This document shows positions 1-9,654 of a DNA stretch of 64,000 bases, piece by piece. Both the position numbers and the translations under genes were made by a program. Every line of letters begins with the position of its first letter. The stretch's first letter is position 1. The DNA comes from Nitrospiraceae bacterium (GTDB lineage: Bacteria > Nitrospirota > Nitrospiria > Nitrospirales > Nitrospiraceae), in assembly GCA_035454865.1 (NCBI GenBank), contig DATIGF010000102.1, forward strand, positions 16,513-80,512, given 5' to 3'. The notes under the pieces are model-generated. The model did not search any database and was not told the origin of the DNA. It saw only the letters and a list, made by a program, of their open reading frames with translations.

Positions 1-264
1 ACCGAGCACGACGATCGGCGCGTTGATACCGGCCTGCCGCAGCGTGATCCCTTCATCAATCGAGACGACGGCAACGCGAGAGATGCCCTGGCGAATCAGC
101 GCCTTTGCCGTTTCCGCGGATCCGTGACCGTAGGCATTGGCTTTGACGACGGCCATGACGTCGCACCCGGGGGAGAGGATGCGGCGGAATTGCGCCAGAT
201 TGTAGGCGAGGGCTGTGAGATCGACGGACGCGCAGGTCGGTGAGAATGTCGAGGTGGTTGGCAC
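1..264 (-). CDS. alr: Alanine racemase (N-terminal part; runs off window edge)
   Basis: Manual minus-strand translation from GTG at 264 gives ...VDLTALAYNLAQF...VMAVVKANAYGHG, the PLP-lysine motif of Alr. Confidence 0.9.
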   Translation of the reverse strand, partial: MPTTSTFSPTCASVDLTALAYNLAQFRRILSPGCDVMAVVKANAYGHGSAETAKALIRQGISRVAVVSIDEGITLRQAGINAPIVVLG

Positions 265-292
265 GCGATGAGGACGGGTCTGGAAGCCTGGT

Positions 293-856
293 TCAGACCT
301 CCATGATCTCCTGTTCCTTTTTCTTAATCACATCGTCGATCTTTTGACCGTATTGCTCGGTGAGCTTTTGGGTTTCCTGTTCCGCCTTCCGCAGCTCGTC
401 TTCGGTGAGCTTCGCATCTTTTTGGAGTTTCTTCAACTCTTCGTTCGCATCGCGGCGGAATCCCCGGATCTGCACTTTGGTTTCTTCGCCGTGCTTCTTG
501 CAAATCTTGGTCAATTCTTTCCGGCGCTCTTCGGTGAGCGGGGGAAGGGGCACGCGAATCATCTTGCCGTCGTTCGACGGGTTCACGCCCAACCCCGAGT
601 TGGCCAGCGCCTTTTCTATTTCTTTGATCAGATTGGGTTCCCAGGGCTGAACGGTGATGAGCCGCGCTTCGGGCGTGGAAATGTTGGAGATCTGCTTCAG
701 CGGCGTCATGGTGCCGTAGTAGTCGACCCGAATTCCGTCGAGGAGGGCGACAGAGGCCCGACCGGTCCGGAGACCGGCCAAGTCGCGTTTCAAGTGTTCA
801 ACAGCCTGATCCATCTGCGCGGTGAGTTTCTGTCGGACTGGTGCGGCGTTGGACAT
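293..856 (-). CDS. frr: Ribosome recycling factor
   Basis: LRTGRAS, VDYYG, PPLTEERRKEL motifs; next to pyrH. Confidence 0.97.
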   Translation of the reverse strand: MSNAAPVRQKLTAQMDQAVEHLKRDLAGLRTGRASVALLDGIRVDYYGTMTPLKQISNISTPEARLITVQPWEPNLIKEIEKALANSGLGVNPSNDGKMIRVPLPPLTEERRKELTKICKKHGEETKVQIRGFRRDANEELKKLQKDAKLTEDELRKAEQETQKLTEQYGQKIDDVIKKKEQEIMEV

Positions 857-876
857 GACAACACTCCGTGATCGGA

Positions 877-1602
877 TTAACGATTGCCGAGAGTGACCAA
901 GGTTCCGATCGGTTCACCTAAGGCCACCCGTTTGAAATTGCCCTTCACTTTGAGGTTGAACACGATGAGTGGAAGGTTGTTATCCATGCAGAGACTGATC
1001 GCCGTGGAATCCATGACCTTGAGGTTCTGGTTCAAGATCGACATGAAGGGAATCTCCGCATACTTCTTCGCCGTCGGATTCTTCATGGGGTCGGAATCGT
1101 AAATGCCGTCCACCTTTGTGCCCTTCATGATGACCTGGGCCCCGATTTCCATCGCCCGGAGCGCGGCGGCGGTATCGGTTGAGAAGTAGGGGTTGCCTGT
1201 GCCGCCGGCAAAGATCACCACCCGCTTCTTCTCCAGATGTCGGATGGCCCTCCGGCGGATGTAGCCCTCCGCCAGTTGGCGCATTTCGATGGCGGACTGC
1301 ACGCGGGTCATAACCCCGGCGCGCTCCAGGGCATTCTGCAGGGCGAGCGCGTTGAGCACGGTGGCCAGCATGCCCATGTAGTCGGCCGAAGCGCGTTCCA
1401 TGCCGGACGCGCTGGCGGCAATGCCGCGAAAGATATTGCCGCCGCCGATGACGACGGCGACCTGGATATCGAGGGCGATGACGGAGGCGATTTCCTCTGC
1501 GAGGCCTTCGAGGATGGAGGGTTGGATCCCGTATCCCTGCTCACCGGCCAACATCTCCCCGCTGACTTTCAGAAGGAGGCGCCGGTATTTCGCAGAGCTC
1601 AT
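877..1602 (-). CDS. pyrH: Uridylate kinase
   Basis: [34 protein letters not shown] motifs. Confidence 0.97.
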   Translation of the reverse strand: MSSAKYRRLLLKVSGEMLAGEQGYGIQPSILEGLAEEIASVIALDIQVAVVIGGGNIFRGIAASASGMERASADYMGMLATVLNALALQNALERAGVMTRVQSAIEMRQLAEGYIRRRAIRHLEKKRVVIFAGGTGNPYFSTDTAAALRAMEIGAQVIMKGTKVDGIYDSDPMKNPTAKKYAEIPFMSILNQNLKVMDSTAISLCMDNNLPLIVFNLKVKGNFKRVALGEPIGTLVTLGNR

Positions 1603-2195
1603 GCTTCGCCTAGTTGGTAGCGGGTGAACCGGCGGATGTTCATGTTTTCGCCGATCTTGGAAATTCTCTGCGCCAGGAGGTCCTTGATGGTCACGGCCGG
1701 GTCCTTGATGAACGATTGTTCCATCAGGCAGTTCTCTTGAAAAAACTTTTCGAGCTTGCCTTCGACGATCTTGGGCCAGGCAGCGGGGGGCTTGCCCATT
1801 TCCTTGGCTTGCCCTTCGTAGATCGATTTTTCCTTCTCAACGACGTCGGCCGGGATGTCTTCCCGCCTCACGAACGAAGGTTTTGCTGCGGCGACTTGAA
1901 GCGACAGATCGTTGACGAACGCCTTGAACTCTTCGTTGCGTGCGACGAAATCCGTTTCGCAGTTGACCTCGATCAGGACACCGATTTTTCCACCCATGTG
2001 GATGTAGGCATGGACGAGGCCCTGGTTGGTTTCGCGCCCGGCTTTCTTGGCAGCGGCCGCGAGGCCCTTCTGACGGAGATAGTCGATCGACTTCTCGATG
2101 TCGTCGCCGTTTTCGGTGAGGGCTTTCTGGCAATCCAGAATCCCCGCGCCTGTTTTCTCTCGAAGCTCTTTGACTAGCTGACTTGATCCTGCCAT
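1599..2195 (-). CDS. tsf: Elongation factor Ts (short 198-aa form)
   Basis: [25 protein letters not shown] motifs; rpsB-tsf-pyrH-frr synteny. Confidence 0.97.
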   Translation of the reverse strand: MAGSSQLVKELREKTGAGILDCQKALTENGDDIEKSIDYLRQKGLAAAAKKAGRETNQGLVHAYIHMGGKIGVLIEVNCETDFVARNEEFKAFVNDLSLQVAAAKPSFVRREDIPADVVEKEKSIYEGQAKEMGKPPAAWPKIVEGKLEKFFQENCLMEQSFIKDPAVTIKDLLAQRISKIGENMNIRRFTRYQLGEA

Positions 2196-2256
2196 GGTCC
2201 GTTATCCTTCACCGTATGAAAAGGGAGGTGCCGAAAATGGAATCGACTGTGAAACG

Positions 2257-3030
2257 TTATGACGCCGGGACGCCTTCAAGGCTCAGGGCCGGCTTCTTTT
2301 CTCCGGCGGCGGGAGCAGCCTGAAATTCGGCTTCATCGCGCTGGGTCTTGAGATGGGCGCCTTCGATGCAGGCATCGGCGATCTTGGATGTAATGAGCTT
2401 GATCGAACGAATCGCGTCGTCATTGCCGGGAATCGGATAGGTGATGTGATCGGGATCACAGTTGCTGTCCAAGATGGCGATAACCGGAATATCCAGCCGG
2501 GTAGCCTCCTGCACGGCGATCTTTTCGATTCTGGTATCGAGGATGAACACGGCGCCGGGAAGACTTCGCATGTTCTTGATGCCGGAGAGGTATTTTTGAA
2601 GTTTGACGATATCCTTCTGCATGAGAAGGATTTCCTTCTTCTTCAACCCGTGCTCGCTGGGATTCAGCAGGGTCGCTTCCATCTTCTTCATCTTGTCGAT
2701 GCTGCGACGAATGGTCTGGAAGTTGGTCAGCATGCCGCCGAGCCAGCGCTGGTTGACGAAAAACATGTTGGCCCGCTTGGATTCTTCTTCGAGGATTTCC
2801 GCTGCCTGTCGCTTGGTGCCGACAAAGAGGACGGATTCGCCCGCTGCGACGGTATCCCGGACGAAGGCATACGCCTGTTCCATCCTGGTCAGTGTCTGCT
2901 GGAGATCGATGATGTAAATGCCGTTCCGTTCACCGAAGAGAAACTTTTTCATCTTCGGATTCCAGCGGTTCGTCTGGTGTCCAAAGTGAACGCCAGCTTC
3001 CAATAGTTCCTTGATCGCCACCACTCCCAT
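2257..3030 (-). CDS. rpsB: 30S ribosomal protein S2
   Basis: [27 protein letters not shown]; start set at ATG 3030 behind a GGAGGT RBS. Confidence 0.97.
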   Translation of the reverse strand: MGVVAIKELLEAGVHFGHQTNRWNPKMKKFLFGERNGIYIIDLQQTLTRMEQAYAFVRDTVAAGESVLFVGTKRQAAEILEEESKRANMFFVNQRWLGGMLTNFQTIRRSIDKMKKMEATLLNPSEHGLKKKEILLMQKDIVKLQKYLSGIKNMRSLPGAVFILDTRIEKIAVQEATRLDIPVIAILDSNCDPDHITYPIPGNDDAIRSIKLITSKIADACIEGAHLKTQRDEAEFQAAPAAGEKKPALSLEGVPAS

Positions 3031-3130
3031 GCCTTCACCTCCCCTCAAGGCTTGCAGAGCACCCGCGTTGCGGGTGAGGGGAACCAGTCCCCTTATTCTC
3101 AAGCCGAGCAGCGTGTGTATACGCTGATGT
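3031..3130 (-). promoter_or_regulatory. Putative rpsB leader (t44-like autoregulatory RNA)
   Basis: 5' UTR of rpsB contains ACACAC and GGGUGC segments plus hairpins, as in S2 leaders; not checked with a covariance model. Confidence 0.4.
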
Positions 3131-3253
3131 CAATTTTGGATAATAACCTGTTCAGACCAATAGTATAAACAGGGCTGTCTTGTGCAACCCCTAAAGCCTC
3201 GGCACGCTATCACAGTCTCAATGCGATTTCAAGCGGTTGGGGGAGATACCCGG

Positions 3254-4462
3254 CTACGACCGATAGCTGGCGTTAATGCGCACGTAGTCGTACGACAGGT
3301 CGGTCGTCCACATGTGGGCCTGAGCCTGTCCCTGCCCGAGATTCACGGCGATCGTAAACTCGTTTCGTTTGAAGACCCGCGCTATTTTTCGTTCCGCCGC
3401 GAAGCCCACCCCCATGCCGCGTTTGACCATCACGACATCGTCAAAACGCACCGTCAGTTTGTCGGGATCGATGGCGACGCCGGACCGGCCGATGGCCCCC
3501 ATGACTCTGCCCCAGTTGGCGTCTTCTCCAAACAGCGCAGTCTTGACAAGATTGGATGTGGCGATCGTGGAGGCCACGCGCTTGGCTGCCGCCGCGGTCG
3601 CTGCTCCATCCACGACGATCTTCACGACTTTGGTGACGCCTTCGCCGTCCCGGCAGATCGCCATGGCGAGCGCCCGGGAGGCTTCGGTCAGCAGTTGCTC
3701 GAACCGGCGATAGTGTCGGGTGCCCTGTCGGATCGGCGGATTCTTTGCCAAGCCATTGGCGAGGCAGAGCACCGTATCATTGGTGCTGGTGTCACCGTCC
3801 ACGGTAATACAGTTGAAGGATTGATCCACGGCGGACTTCAGCGCCCGTTGAAGCGCCGAGGGCGCGATCGCGGCATCGGTCGTGAGATAAGCCAGCATGG
3901 TGGCCATATTCGGGTGGATCATGCCGGAGCCCTTGGCCATGCCCCCGATGGTAACGATTCGGCCGCCGATCCTGGCTCGAACCGCGACGGTCTTCGGCCG
4001 TAGGTCGGTTGTGAGAATGGCTTGGGCGGTCTGGCGGCCGCCTCGAGCGCTCAGGCGGGAAATGAGCGTCGCGATTCCCGCCTTGACTCGATCGATGGGT
4101 AGCACCCGCCCGATGACGCCCGTTGATCCTACGAAGATCTGATGCACCGGAACGGAGAGCCCCCGTGCGATGGCGGAGGCCATGACGTTTGCGGCCGCCA
4201 GTCCCGCTGCGCCCGTGCAGGCATTGGCGTTCCCGCTGTTCACGATGATGGCTCGGCCGCGCTGGTACCGGAGGTGGCGACGGTCGAGAATGACCGGAGC
4301 GGCGGCGACGCGATTCTTGGTAAAGACGCCTGCAATCGGCCCGCTGACGGTCGACACAATCAACGCCAGATCGAGAATCCCTGGTTTCTTGATCCCGCAA
4401 TGTATGCCGGACGCCTCAAAACCCAGGGGCGCGGTCACGCCCGATGTTTCTCTCTTCATCAC
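3254..4462 (-). CDS. argJ: Bifunctional ornithine acetyltransferase/N-acetylglutamate synthase
   Basis: NSGNANACTG, KGSGMIHPNMATML, DGDTSTND, DGEG motifs. Confidence 0.96.
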   Translation of the reverse strand: MMKRETSGVTAPLGFEASGIHCGIKKPGILDLALIVSTVSGPIAGVFTKNRVAAAPVILDRRHLRYQRGRAIIVNSGNANACTGAAGLAAANVMASAIARGLSVPVHQIFVGSTGVIGRVLPIDRVKAGIATLISRLSARGGRQTAQAILTTDLRPKTVAVRARIGGRIVTIGGMAKGSGMIHPNMATMLAYLTTDAAIAPSALQRALKSAVDQSFNCITVDGDTSTNDTVLCLANGLAKNPPIRQGTRHYRRFEQLLTEASRALAMAICRDGEGVTKVVKIVVDGAATAAAAKRVASTIATSNLVKTALFGEDANWGRVMGAIGRSGVAIDPDKLTVRFDDVVMVKRGMGVGFAAERKIARVFKRNEFTIAVNLGQGQAQAHMWTTDLSYDYVRINASYRS

Positions 4463-4516
4463 GCAAATCTCTTTGAGGAGGTTAGGATGAACGTGGCGGT
4501 TCTCGACAGTTCGTGC

Positions 4517-5569
4517 TCAGGGGTAGCTGCCCGGCGCGGTGAGTCCGGTGTCTTCGGGGATGCCCATCATCAGATTCATGGCCTGGATGGCCTGACCTGC
4601 GGCCCCCTTCACGAGATTGTCTACGGCGGCAACCGTCACCACCCATCCGGCGCGGGCATCCGTATACACGCCGACATCGCAAAAGTTGGACCCTCTGATG
4701 TACCGGGGATTGGGTATAAGGTCCTCATAGAGACGGACAAACCGTTCACCTTTATAGAAGTCCCGGTACAAGGCTCGGAGGTCGGGGAGGGGGATCTCTT
4801 GCGTCAGCCTGCAATAGGCCGTACTCAGGATCCCCCGATTCATCGGTACGAGATGGGGCGTGAATGCGACCGTAACCGCTCCGGGCTTGCCCATTACGCC
4901 GGACAGTTCCTGCTCGATTTCCGGGATATGCCGGTGTTGACCGATCTTGTAGGGCTCGAGCGATTCGTGGGCTTCCGGAAAGTGATAGGGCAATGCCGGG
5001 CTTCGTCCCGCTCCGGAGATTCCGGATTTCGCGTCGATCACAATGGTGCCGGGTTGTACGAGATCTTTGGCGAGAAGCGGCGCCAACTGCAGAATCGCGG
5101 CAGTCGGATAGCATCCCGGTGAGGCTGCCAGCCGTGCCTTCAACAGGGCGCTCCGATGCAGTTCAGGAAGCCCGTACACGGCTTCGCGCAGCAGGTGTGG
5201 ATGCGCGTGAGGAGTCTGGTACCACTTTTCATAGGCGGCGACATCCTTGAGCCGGTAGTCTGCGCTCAGGTCCACGACCAGCTTGCCGGCTTTCATGCAC
5301 AGCGCGACCGGGTCCTGCGACTTGGTATGGGGAAGGGCGAGAAACACGGCATCCGCCCGTTCCGCCAGTGCCTCGGGCGCCAATGCTTCGAAGATGTGAT
5401 GCACGGTTCCGGCCAGGCTGGGGAAAACGGATGAGACCGATTGACCGGCCGATTTCTCCGACGTGACCGCAGTGAGTTCGTAATGGGGGTGTGCGACGGC
5501 GAGACGAACGAGCTCTGCGCCGGCATATCCGCTGGCTCCTGCAATTGCGATTCGAAACTTCTTGGTCAT
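4517..5569 (-). CDS. argC: N-acetyl-gamma-glutamyl-phosphate reductase
   Basis: GASGYAG, PGCYPT, DAKSGISGAG, DNLVKGAAGQA; start at MTKK. Confidence 0.96.
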   Translation of the reverse strand: MTKKFRIAIAGASGYAGAELVRLAVAHPHYELTAVTSEKSAGQSVSSVFPSLAGTVHHIFEALAPEALAERADAVFLALPHTKSQDPVALCMKAGKLVVDLSADYRLKDVAAYEKWYQTPHAHPHLLREAVYGLPELHRSALLKARLAASPGCYPTAAILQLAPLLAKDLVQPGTIVIDAKSGISGAGRSPALPYHFPEAHESLEPYKIGQHRHIPEIEQELSGVMGKPGAVTVAFTPHLVPMNRGILSTAYCRLTQEIPLPDLRALYRDFYKGERFVRLYEDLIPNPRYIRGSNFCDVGVYTDARAGWVVTVAAVDNLVKGAAGQAIQAMNLMMGIPEDTGLTAPGSYP

Positions 5570-5617
5570 GGTGCGCGACCCGATAAGACCGGTTTCCGGT
5601 AACCTGTGTATGGGCAC

Positions 5618-5647
5618 AAAAAAGGGAAGGCGAGGAGCCTTCCCTTT
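5618..5647 (-). terminator. Intrinsic terminator after rpsI
   Basis: Minus strand AAAGGGAAGGC-tcctc-GCCTTCCCTTT followed by a T run. Confidence 0.75.
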
Positions 5648-5670
5648 CTCGATCTCTTGGCTCCTGCAGC

Positions 5671-6063
5671 CTAGCGCTTGGAGTATTGGAAGCGCTTGCG
5701 GGCACCCTTCTGTCCGTATTTCTTTCGTTCCTTCACGCGAGAGTCGCGTGTGAGCAGGCCCTCTTTCTTGAGGGGAGGACGCACCGAGGGGCTCATCGCG
5801 ACGAGCGCACGCGCAATGGCGTGGCGGAGGGCGCCGGCCTGACCGGTTGGTCCACCGCCGTACACGGTGGCCTTGATCGAATACTTGCCGGTCGCACCGG
5901 CCATTTCAAGGGGAAGCTGGATGATCTGTCTCAGCGTGAGGCGAGGGAAGGCCTTTTCCAGAGGCTTTTCATTCACCGTGATTTCGCCCGTCGTCCCTGT
6001 GACCCAGGCCCTCGCGATTGCACATTTTCTCCGACCCGTTGCATACTGTGTCACCGCTGCCAT
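5671..6063 (-). CDS. rpsI: 30S ribosomal protein S9
   Basis: TGRRK, GGG.TGQAGA, ERKKYG..GARKRFQYSKR. Confidence 0.97.
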   Translation of the reverse strand: MAAVTQYATGRRKCAIARAWVTGTTGEITVNEKPLEKAFPRLTLRQIIQLPLEMAGATGKYSIKATVYGGGPTGQAGALRHAIARALVAMSPSVRPPLKKEGLLTRDSRVKERKKYGQKGARKRFQYSKR

Positions 6064-6097
6064 GCGACTCGCCTCCTTCTAATTCTGAAAAGATGTC

Positions 6098-6526
6098 TTA
6101 GAGTGAAATCGGTTCCGGTCGTTGAGCCTGATGCGGATGGTTGGGCCCGACGTAGACACGGAGTTTCTTTGCCATACCGTTGCCGAGAGGGTTCTTGGGG
6201 AGCATGCCCTCAATGGCCATTGTGAGTAATTGCGTCGGGTCCTTCCGGAACAGATGCTCGGCTGTCGCAGTCTTCAACCCTCCCGGATAACCGGAATGGT
6301 GACGATAGAGCTTGGTTTCCATCTTGTTGCCGGTCAGCTGAATCTTCTCGGCGTTGATGATGACCACATGGTCGCCCATATCAACGTTCGGTGTAAACGT
6401 GGGACGGTGTTTTCCTCTCAGGATGCTCGCGACGCGTGCGGCCAAGCGTCCCAGGGTTTTCCCCTCGGCGTTCACAAGATGCCAGGTTTCCTTCACATCG
6501 GCTGGTTTTTCGAGATACGTCATCAT
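6098..6526 (-). CDS. rplM: 50S ribosomal protein L13
   Basis: LGRLA, LRGKHRP.FTP, HSGYPGG, GMLPKN. Confidence 0.97.
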   Translation of the reverse strand: MMTYLEKPADVKETWHLVNAEGKTLGRLAARVASILRGKHRPTFTPNVDMGDHVVIINAEKIQLTGNKMETKLYRHHSGYPGGLKTATAEHLFRKDPTQLLTMAIEGMLPKNPLGNGMAKKLRVYVGPNHPHQAQRPEPISL

Positions 6527-6570
6527 CGTTCTTCTCCACTCCTCGCAACAATTAACTTCTCATTGAACCG

Positions 6571-7059
6571 CTATACTTCTTGGGTGCCAATATCCTTCGT
6601 TTCCAGCTTGGTCAACCAGGCATCCAGATTTTGACCGCTGCGCCTTCTCCAGACATCCTGCGTCACGAAGATGGGGGTCTGGCAGCGAAGTGCCAAGGCA
6701 ATCGCATCGCTGGGCCTGGCATCGATGGTCCGCACGACCCCTTTATTTTCCAGGTACACGGTGGCGTAGTAGGCGTCGTTTTTAAAGTCCGTCAGGACGA
6801 CTCGCTCCGTCTTGATTCCAAAGTGCTCTCCGAAGCTCTTGATCAAGTCATGACTCATGGGCCTCGGAGTGACGGCGGTATCCAAGGCCCGCCGGATGGA
6901 CTCGCCCTCCGGTGCCCCGACCCACACCTTGAACGTTTCGGCACCTCCGTCGGTGCGTGCGAGTACGATGATCCTCGTGTCCGTATTCGGGTCTTCAACG
7001 ACCCGATTAACGGTAAGCTCGATCAGAGGCTCTGTTGACTGAAGTGTCTGCTCGCCCAT
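6571..7059 (-). CDS. Bifunctional nuclease family protein (DUF151/BFN), copy 2
   Basis: PRPMSHDL and IDARPSDAIALALR motifs. Confidence 0.85.
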   Translation of the reverse strand: MGEQTLQSTEPLIELTVNRVVEDPNTDTRIIVLARTDGGAETFKVWVGAPEGESIRRALDTAVTPRPMSHDLIKSFGEHFGIKTERVVLTDFKNDAYYATVYLENKGVVRTIDARPSDAIALALRCQTPIFVTQDVWRRRSGQNLDAWLTKLETKDIGTQEV

Positions 7060-7077
7060 AAAGATTAGCGCCGCGTC

Positions 7078-7533
7078 CTAGGAGTCCAGTTTCCCGAAAT
7101 CTTCCGGCTTCAAATTTTCCAGCCACTGCTCGAGTTCATCCGAGCTCTGTTTCCGGATGACCGACTCGCTCGCAAAAATCGGAGCCTGTGATCGGAGCGC
7201 GAGCGCAATCGCATCGCTGGGCCGCGAGTCGACCGTGTATTCCGAATCTTCGTACGTCAAATGCACCTTGGCAAAGTACGTGTTCTCGTTCAAATCTGTG
7301 ATCACCACGCTGATGACTTTGGCATTGAACGCGTCGAGATACGACTTCATGAAATCGTGCGTCATCGGCCGGGGCGGCGCCACATTCTCGAGCGCCAGGC
7401 TGATCGAGCTCGCTTCCGACTTGCCGACCCAGATGGGCAGCATGTCCGCCTGATCCTCGTCCCGAAGAATAACAATATAGGCGTTGTTATAGGGGTCGAA
7501 CATCAACCCCTTGACCTGCATTTGCGTAATCAT
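7078..7533 (-). CDS. Bifunctional nuclease family protein (DUF151/BFN), copy 1
   Basis: LPIWVG..EA, PRPMTHD, DSRPSDAIALALR; start at ATG 7533 behind a GGAGG RBS. Confidence 0.88.
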   Translation of the reverse strand: MITQMQVKGLMFDPYNNAYIVILRDEDQADMLPIWVGKSEASSISLALENVAPPRPMTHDFMKSYLDAFNAKVISVVITDLNENTYFAKVHLTYEDSEYTVDSRPSDAIALALRSQAPIFASESVIRKQSSDELEQWLENLKPEDFGKLDS

Positions 7534-7723
7534 GACAAATTCCTCCGCTCCTTTCTTTTTTCTGCGGATTTGAGTGAAAGGGCTGCGGAGAATGGAGGAC
7601 TTTAGCACTACTGAATTCGTGATGTCAACGAAGCCGGCGACAACACAGGGAAATCCCTGCGGGCCGATGCCGTCAGACCACAGAACAGGCACCTTTGCCG
7701 GTGCGCTCGAAACTCCTGCCCGG

Positions 7724-8005
7724 CTAGCTGCTCGGTGGACGATAGTTCTCGGCAATCTTCGAAGAGTCGGCTTGCTCGCCCAACTTCAGAAACGCTTTCA
7801 TCTGCTTGCGCACCAACTCGCGTCCGCTTTCATCGCCTAGGTTCACCTGATATTCGTTAATGACCATCACCCGCATGCCTTCCCACTTCTTCCAGCAGCT
7901 TGTGCAGACCTTGGCCTTGATCTCGGCTTCGAGCTTTCCCAGAAAGAGGGGAGCAGTAATCGCTTCTCCCGTTTGTCCACAGGTGACACATGCTATCTCT
8001 GCCAT
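7724..8005 (-). CDS. YggX-like Fe(II)-trafficking/oxidative damage protection protein
   Basis: W..W.....MVINEY..NL and R..V..QM..FL pattern of YggX; start MAEIAC. Confidence 0.75.
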   Translation of the reverse strand: MAEIACVTCGQTGEAITAPLFLGKLEAEIKAKVCTSCWKKWEGMRVMVINEYQVNLGDESGRELVRKQMKAFLKLGEQADSSKIAENYRPPSS

Positions 8006-8195
8006 ATCCGCGAGGCTCCTTTGTCTGGTCGTTTGGGACTGAAGCATCAGGCCCGGTCTTGAACCGAAGCCTGCACAAAAGCGGGCGCATTCTACCAGAC
8101 GCATTCCTATGAAGAAAAGAGGCGATGCCGATTGACCCTCCGGAGGCTTCATGTTAGAAGTGCATCCCGCTACGAAACCTTCATCATGAGGTTAC

Positions 8196-8282
8196 GCCCG
8201 GATGGCGGAACTGGCAGACGCGCCGGACTCAAAATCCGGTTCTCGCGAGAGAGTGGGAGTTCGACCCTCCCTCCGGGCACCA
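8196..8282 (+). tRNA. tRNA-Leu(CAA)
   Basis: Cloverleaf with GCCCGGA/TCCGGGC acceptor stem, CCGGA-CTCAAAA-TCCGG anticodon arm, long variable arm, TTCGA loop, encoded CCA. Confidence 0.96.
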
Positions 8283-8351
8283 CGTCATTGCAGGCACATG
8301 CGATGGTAGGCCTGAGCCTTTCCGGAGCCCAAATAATGGGGGCAACCCCTC

Positions 8352-8380
8352 TTGACAGGCCCTTGACGTTGGCCTATAGT
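8352..8380 (+). promoter_or_regulatory. Near-consensus sigma70 promoter
   Basis: TTGACA-N17-TATAGT about 100 nt upstream of the ATG at 8480. Confidence 0.75.
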
Positions 8381-8479
8381 GCCGCGGTCATTAGAACTAA
8401 CTCATGTTCGAGATCACGCAAGGAATCATGTTGTTCGTCATCTCTACACTTTATCTTTTAACTCACAAGGAGGCAGCAC

Positions 8480-9226
8480 ATGCGTAAGGTGTTGGCACTA
8501 GGAGCCACAATTCTTTTTGTCGGCTCTGTGAGTGTTGCAGGAGCTCAGGAGCGTCTGCAGCAGTCGGCTGGTGGGTCTGCGATGGGCGTGGGAACTGGGG
8601 TTGGCGACATTTCCGGAAGTGCAAATCGCGTCCAGGCCTTCGATCGGAACGCATTCCTGGATCGGCTGTCACAGCCTGAAACCACGCACGGGCGTGTGAT
8701 CGGCGTCGATCTTCCGGGAAAGAAGATTCATTTAGAGGGCGGCGGGAGTTCACATGATGAGGGCCGTGCGGGTGGCGGTGCGATGAACTACCGTACCTAC
8801 TACTTCGACGACCGGACCAACATGGATCAGATTCGCGTCATCGAATCCGGGGATGACGTGACCATCCAAGCGATCGAAGAAACATCGAACGCCCAGCCAT
8901 ATGGGACAGGACGGAAGATCGTTCGTGAAGTCACCGTACTCCGGGGGAATGAAAAGCTCGCCGGGTTTGGTGGCTTGGGTCAACGGCCCAACCCGATGAC
9001 CGAGCGTGCAATCGAGACCAACAGCGGCAGCACCACTGGTGGTGTGGCCGGTTCCGCTCTTCCGGGCAAGCTTGACTCCGGGATCACGAGTCCTGTGGGC
9101 GAGTATACCGGTGCTGCTCCCTGCTGGCAGTGTGAACCGCAGCCGGGCTGGGGCAACAACGTCGGCAACAAGTCCGATTACGGGACCGATACCGCCAAGC
9201 CAAACCTGGTCAAGGGGTTGAACTAG
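8480..9226 (+). CDS. Exported hypothetical protein with OB-fold-like core and C-terminal CWQC motif
   Basis: AAGGAGG RBS, Sec signal ending AGA, own promoter and terminator. Confidence 0.8.
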   Translation: MRKVLALGATILFVGSVSVAGAQERLQQSAGGSAMGVGTGVGDISGSANRVQAFDRNAFLDRLSQPETTHGRVIGVDLPGKKIHLEGGGSSHDEGRAGGGAMNYRTYYFDDRTNMDQIRVIESGDDVTIQAIEETSNAQPYGTGRKIVREVTVLRGNEKLAGFGGLGQRPNPMTERAIETNSGSTTGGVAGSALPGKLDSGITSPVGEYTGAAPCWQCEPQPGWGNNVGNKSDYGTDTAKPNLVKGLN

Positions 9227-9256
9227 ACTGTACCGGGCTTAGACAGCAATGTCAGG

Positions 9257-9287
9257 AAAGGGGCAGCTTCGACTGCCCCTTTTTTTT
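9257..9287 (+). terminator. Intrinsic terminator
   Basis: AAGGGGCAG-cttcga-CTGCCCCTT followed by a T run. Confidence 0.85.
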
Positions 9288-9386
9288 GTCCAACTGCCGT
9301 ACTCGTGCTTGCCCGGTTCAGGTTTCCTTGGTAGGCTGACTCCGTTCAACGAGGTGTCCCGGATCAGGTGCGACGTGAGGTTTGAT

Positions 9387-9653
9387 GTGAGCGAGAATCA
9401 CGAGCAGTCAACGGCTCCAGCGTCTGATGTGGAGCTGGATCTTCGGGGGGTGATCTGCCCCTACAACTTTGTCAAAACGAAGCTCAAACTTGAGACGATG
9501 AAGCAGGGCCAGGTGCTTTCGGTCTTGCTGGACGACGGCGATCCGATCAAGAATGTTCCTCGCAGTGTGGAGAACGAAGGCCACACAGTTGTAGCGCAAG
9601 AACGGGTCGATCACGCCTACCGTGTGCTGATTCGCCGAGGGGTCAGCGACTAA
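9387..9653 (+). CDS. TusA/SirA-family sulfur carrier protein
   Basis: LDLRGVICPYNFVKTK (CPx motif); GTG start at 9387 chosen. Confidence 0.85.
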   Translation: MSENHEQSTAPASDVELDLRGVICPYNFVKTKLKLETMKQGQVLSVLLDDGDPIKNVPRSVENEGHTVVAQERVDHAYRVLIRRGVSD

Positions 9654-9654
9654 G

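Noticed and set aside
1599-2195. Short EF-Ts as a truncated pseudogene
   Set aside because: A ~200-aa EF-Ts form is established (e.g. Thermus); the ORF is intact and overlaps pyrH normally
9120-9140. CWQC as a heme c binding site
   Set aside because: Followed by Glu, not His, so it is not CxxCH
8196-9287. Possible genomic island integrated at tRNA-Leu
   Set aside because: No integrase and no duplicated tRNA 3' end seen; the flanking genes look like core genome
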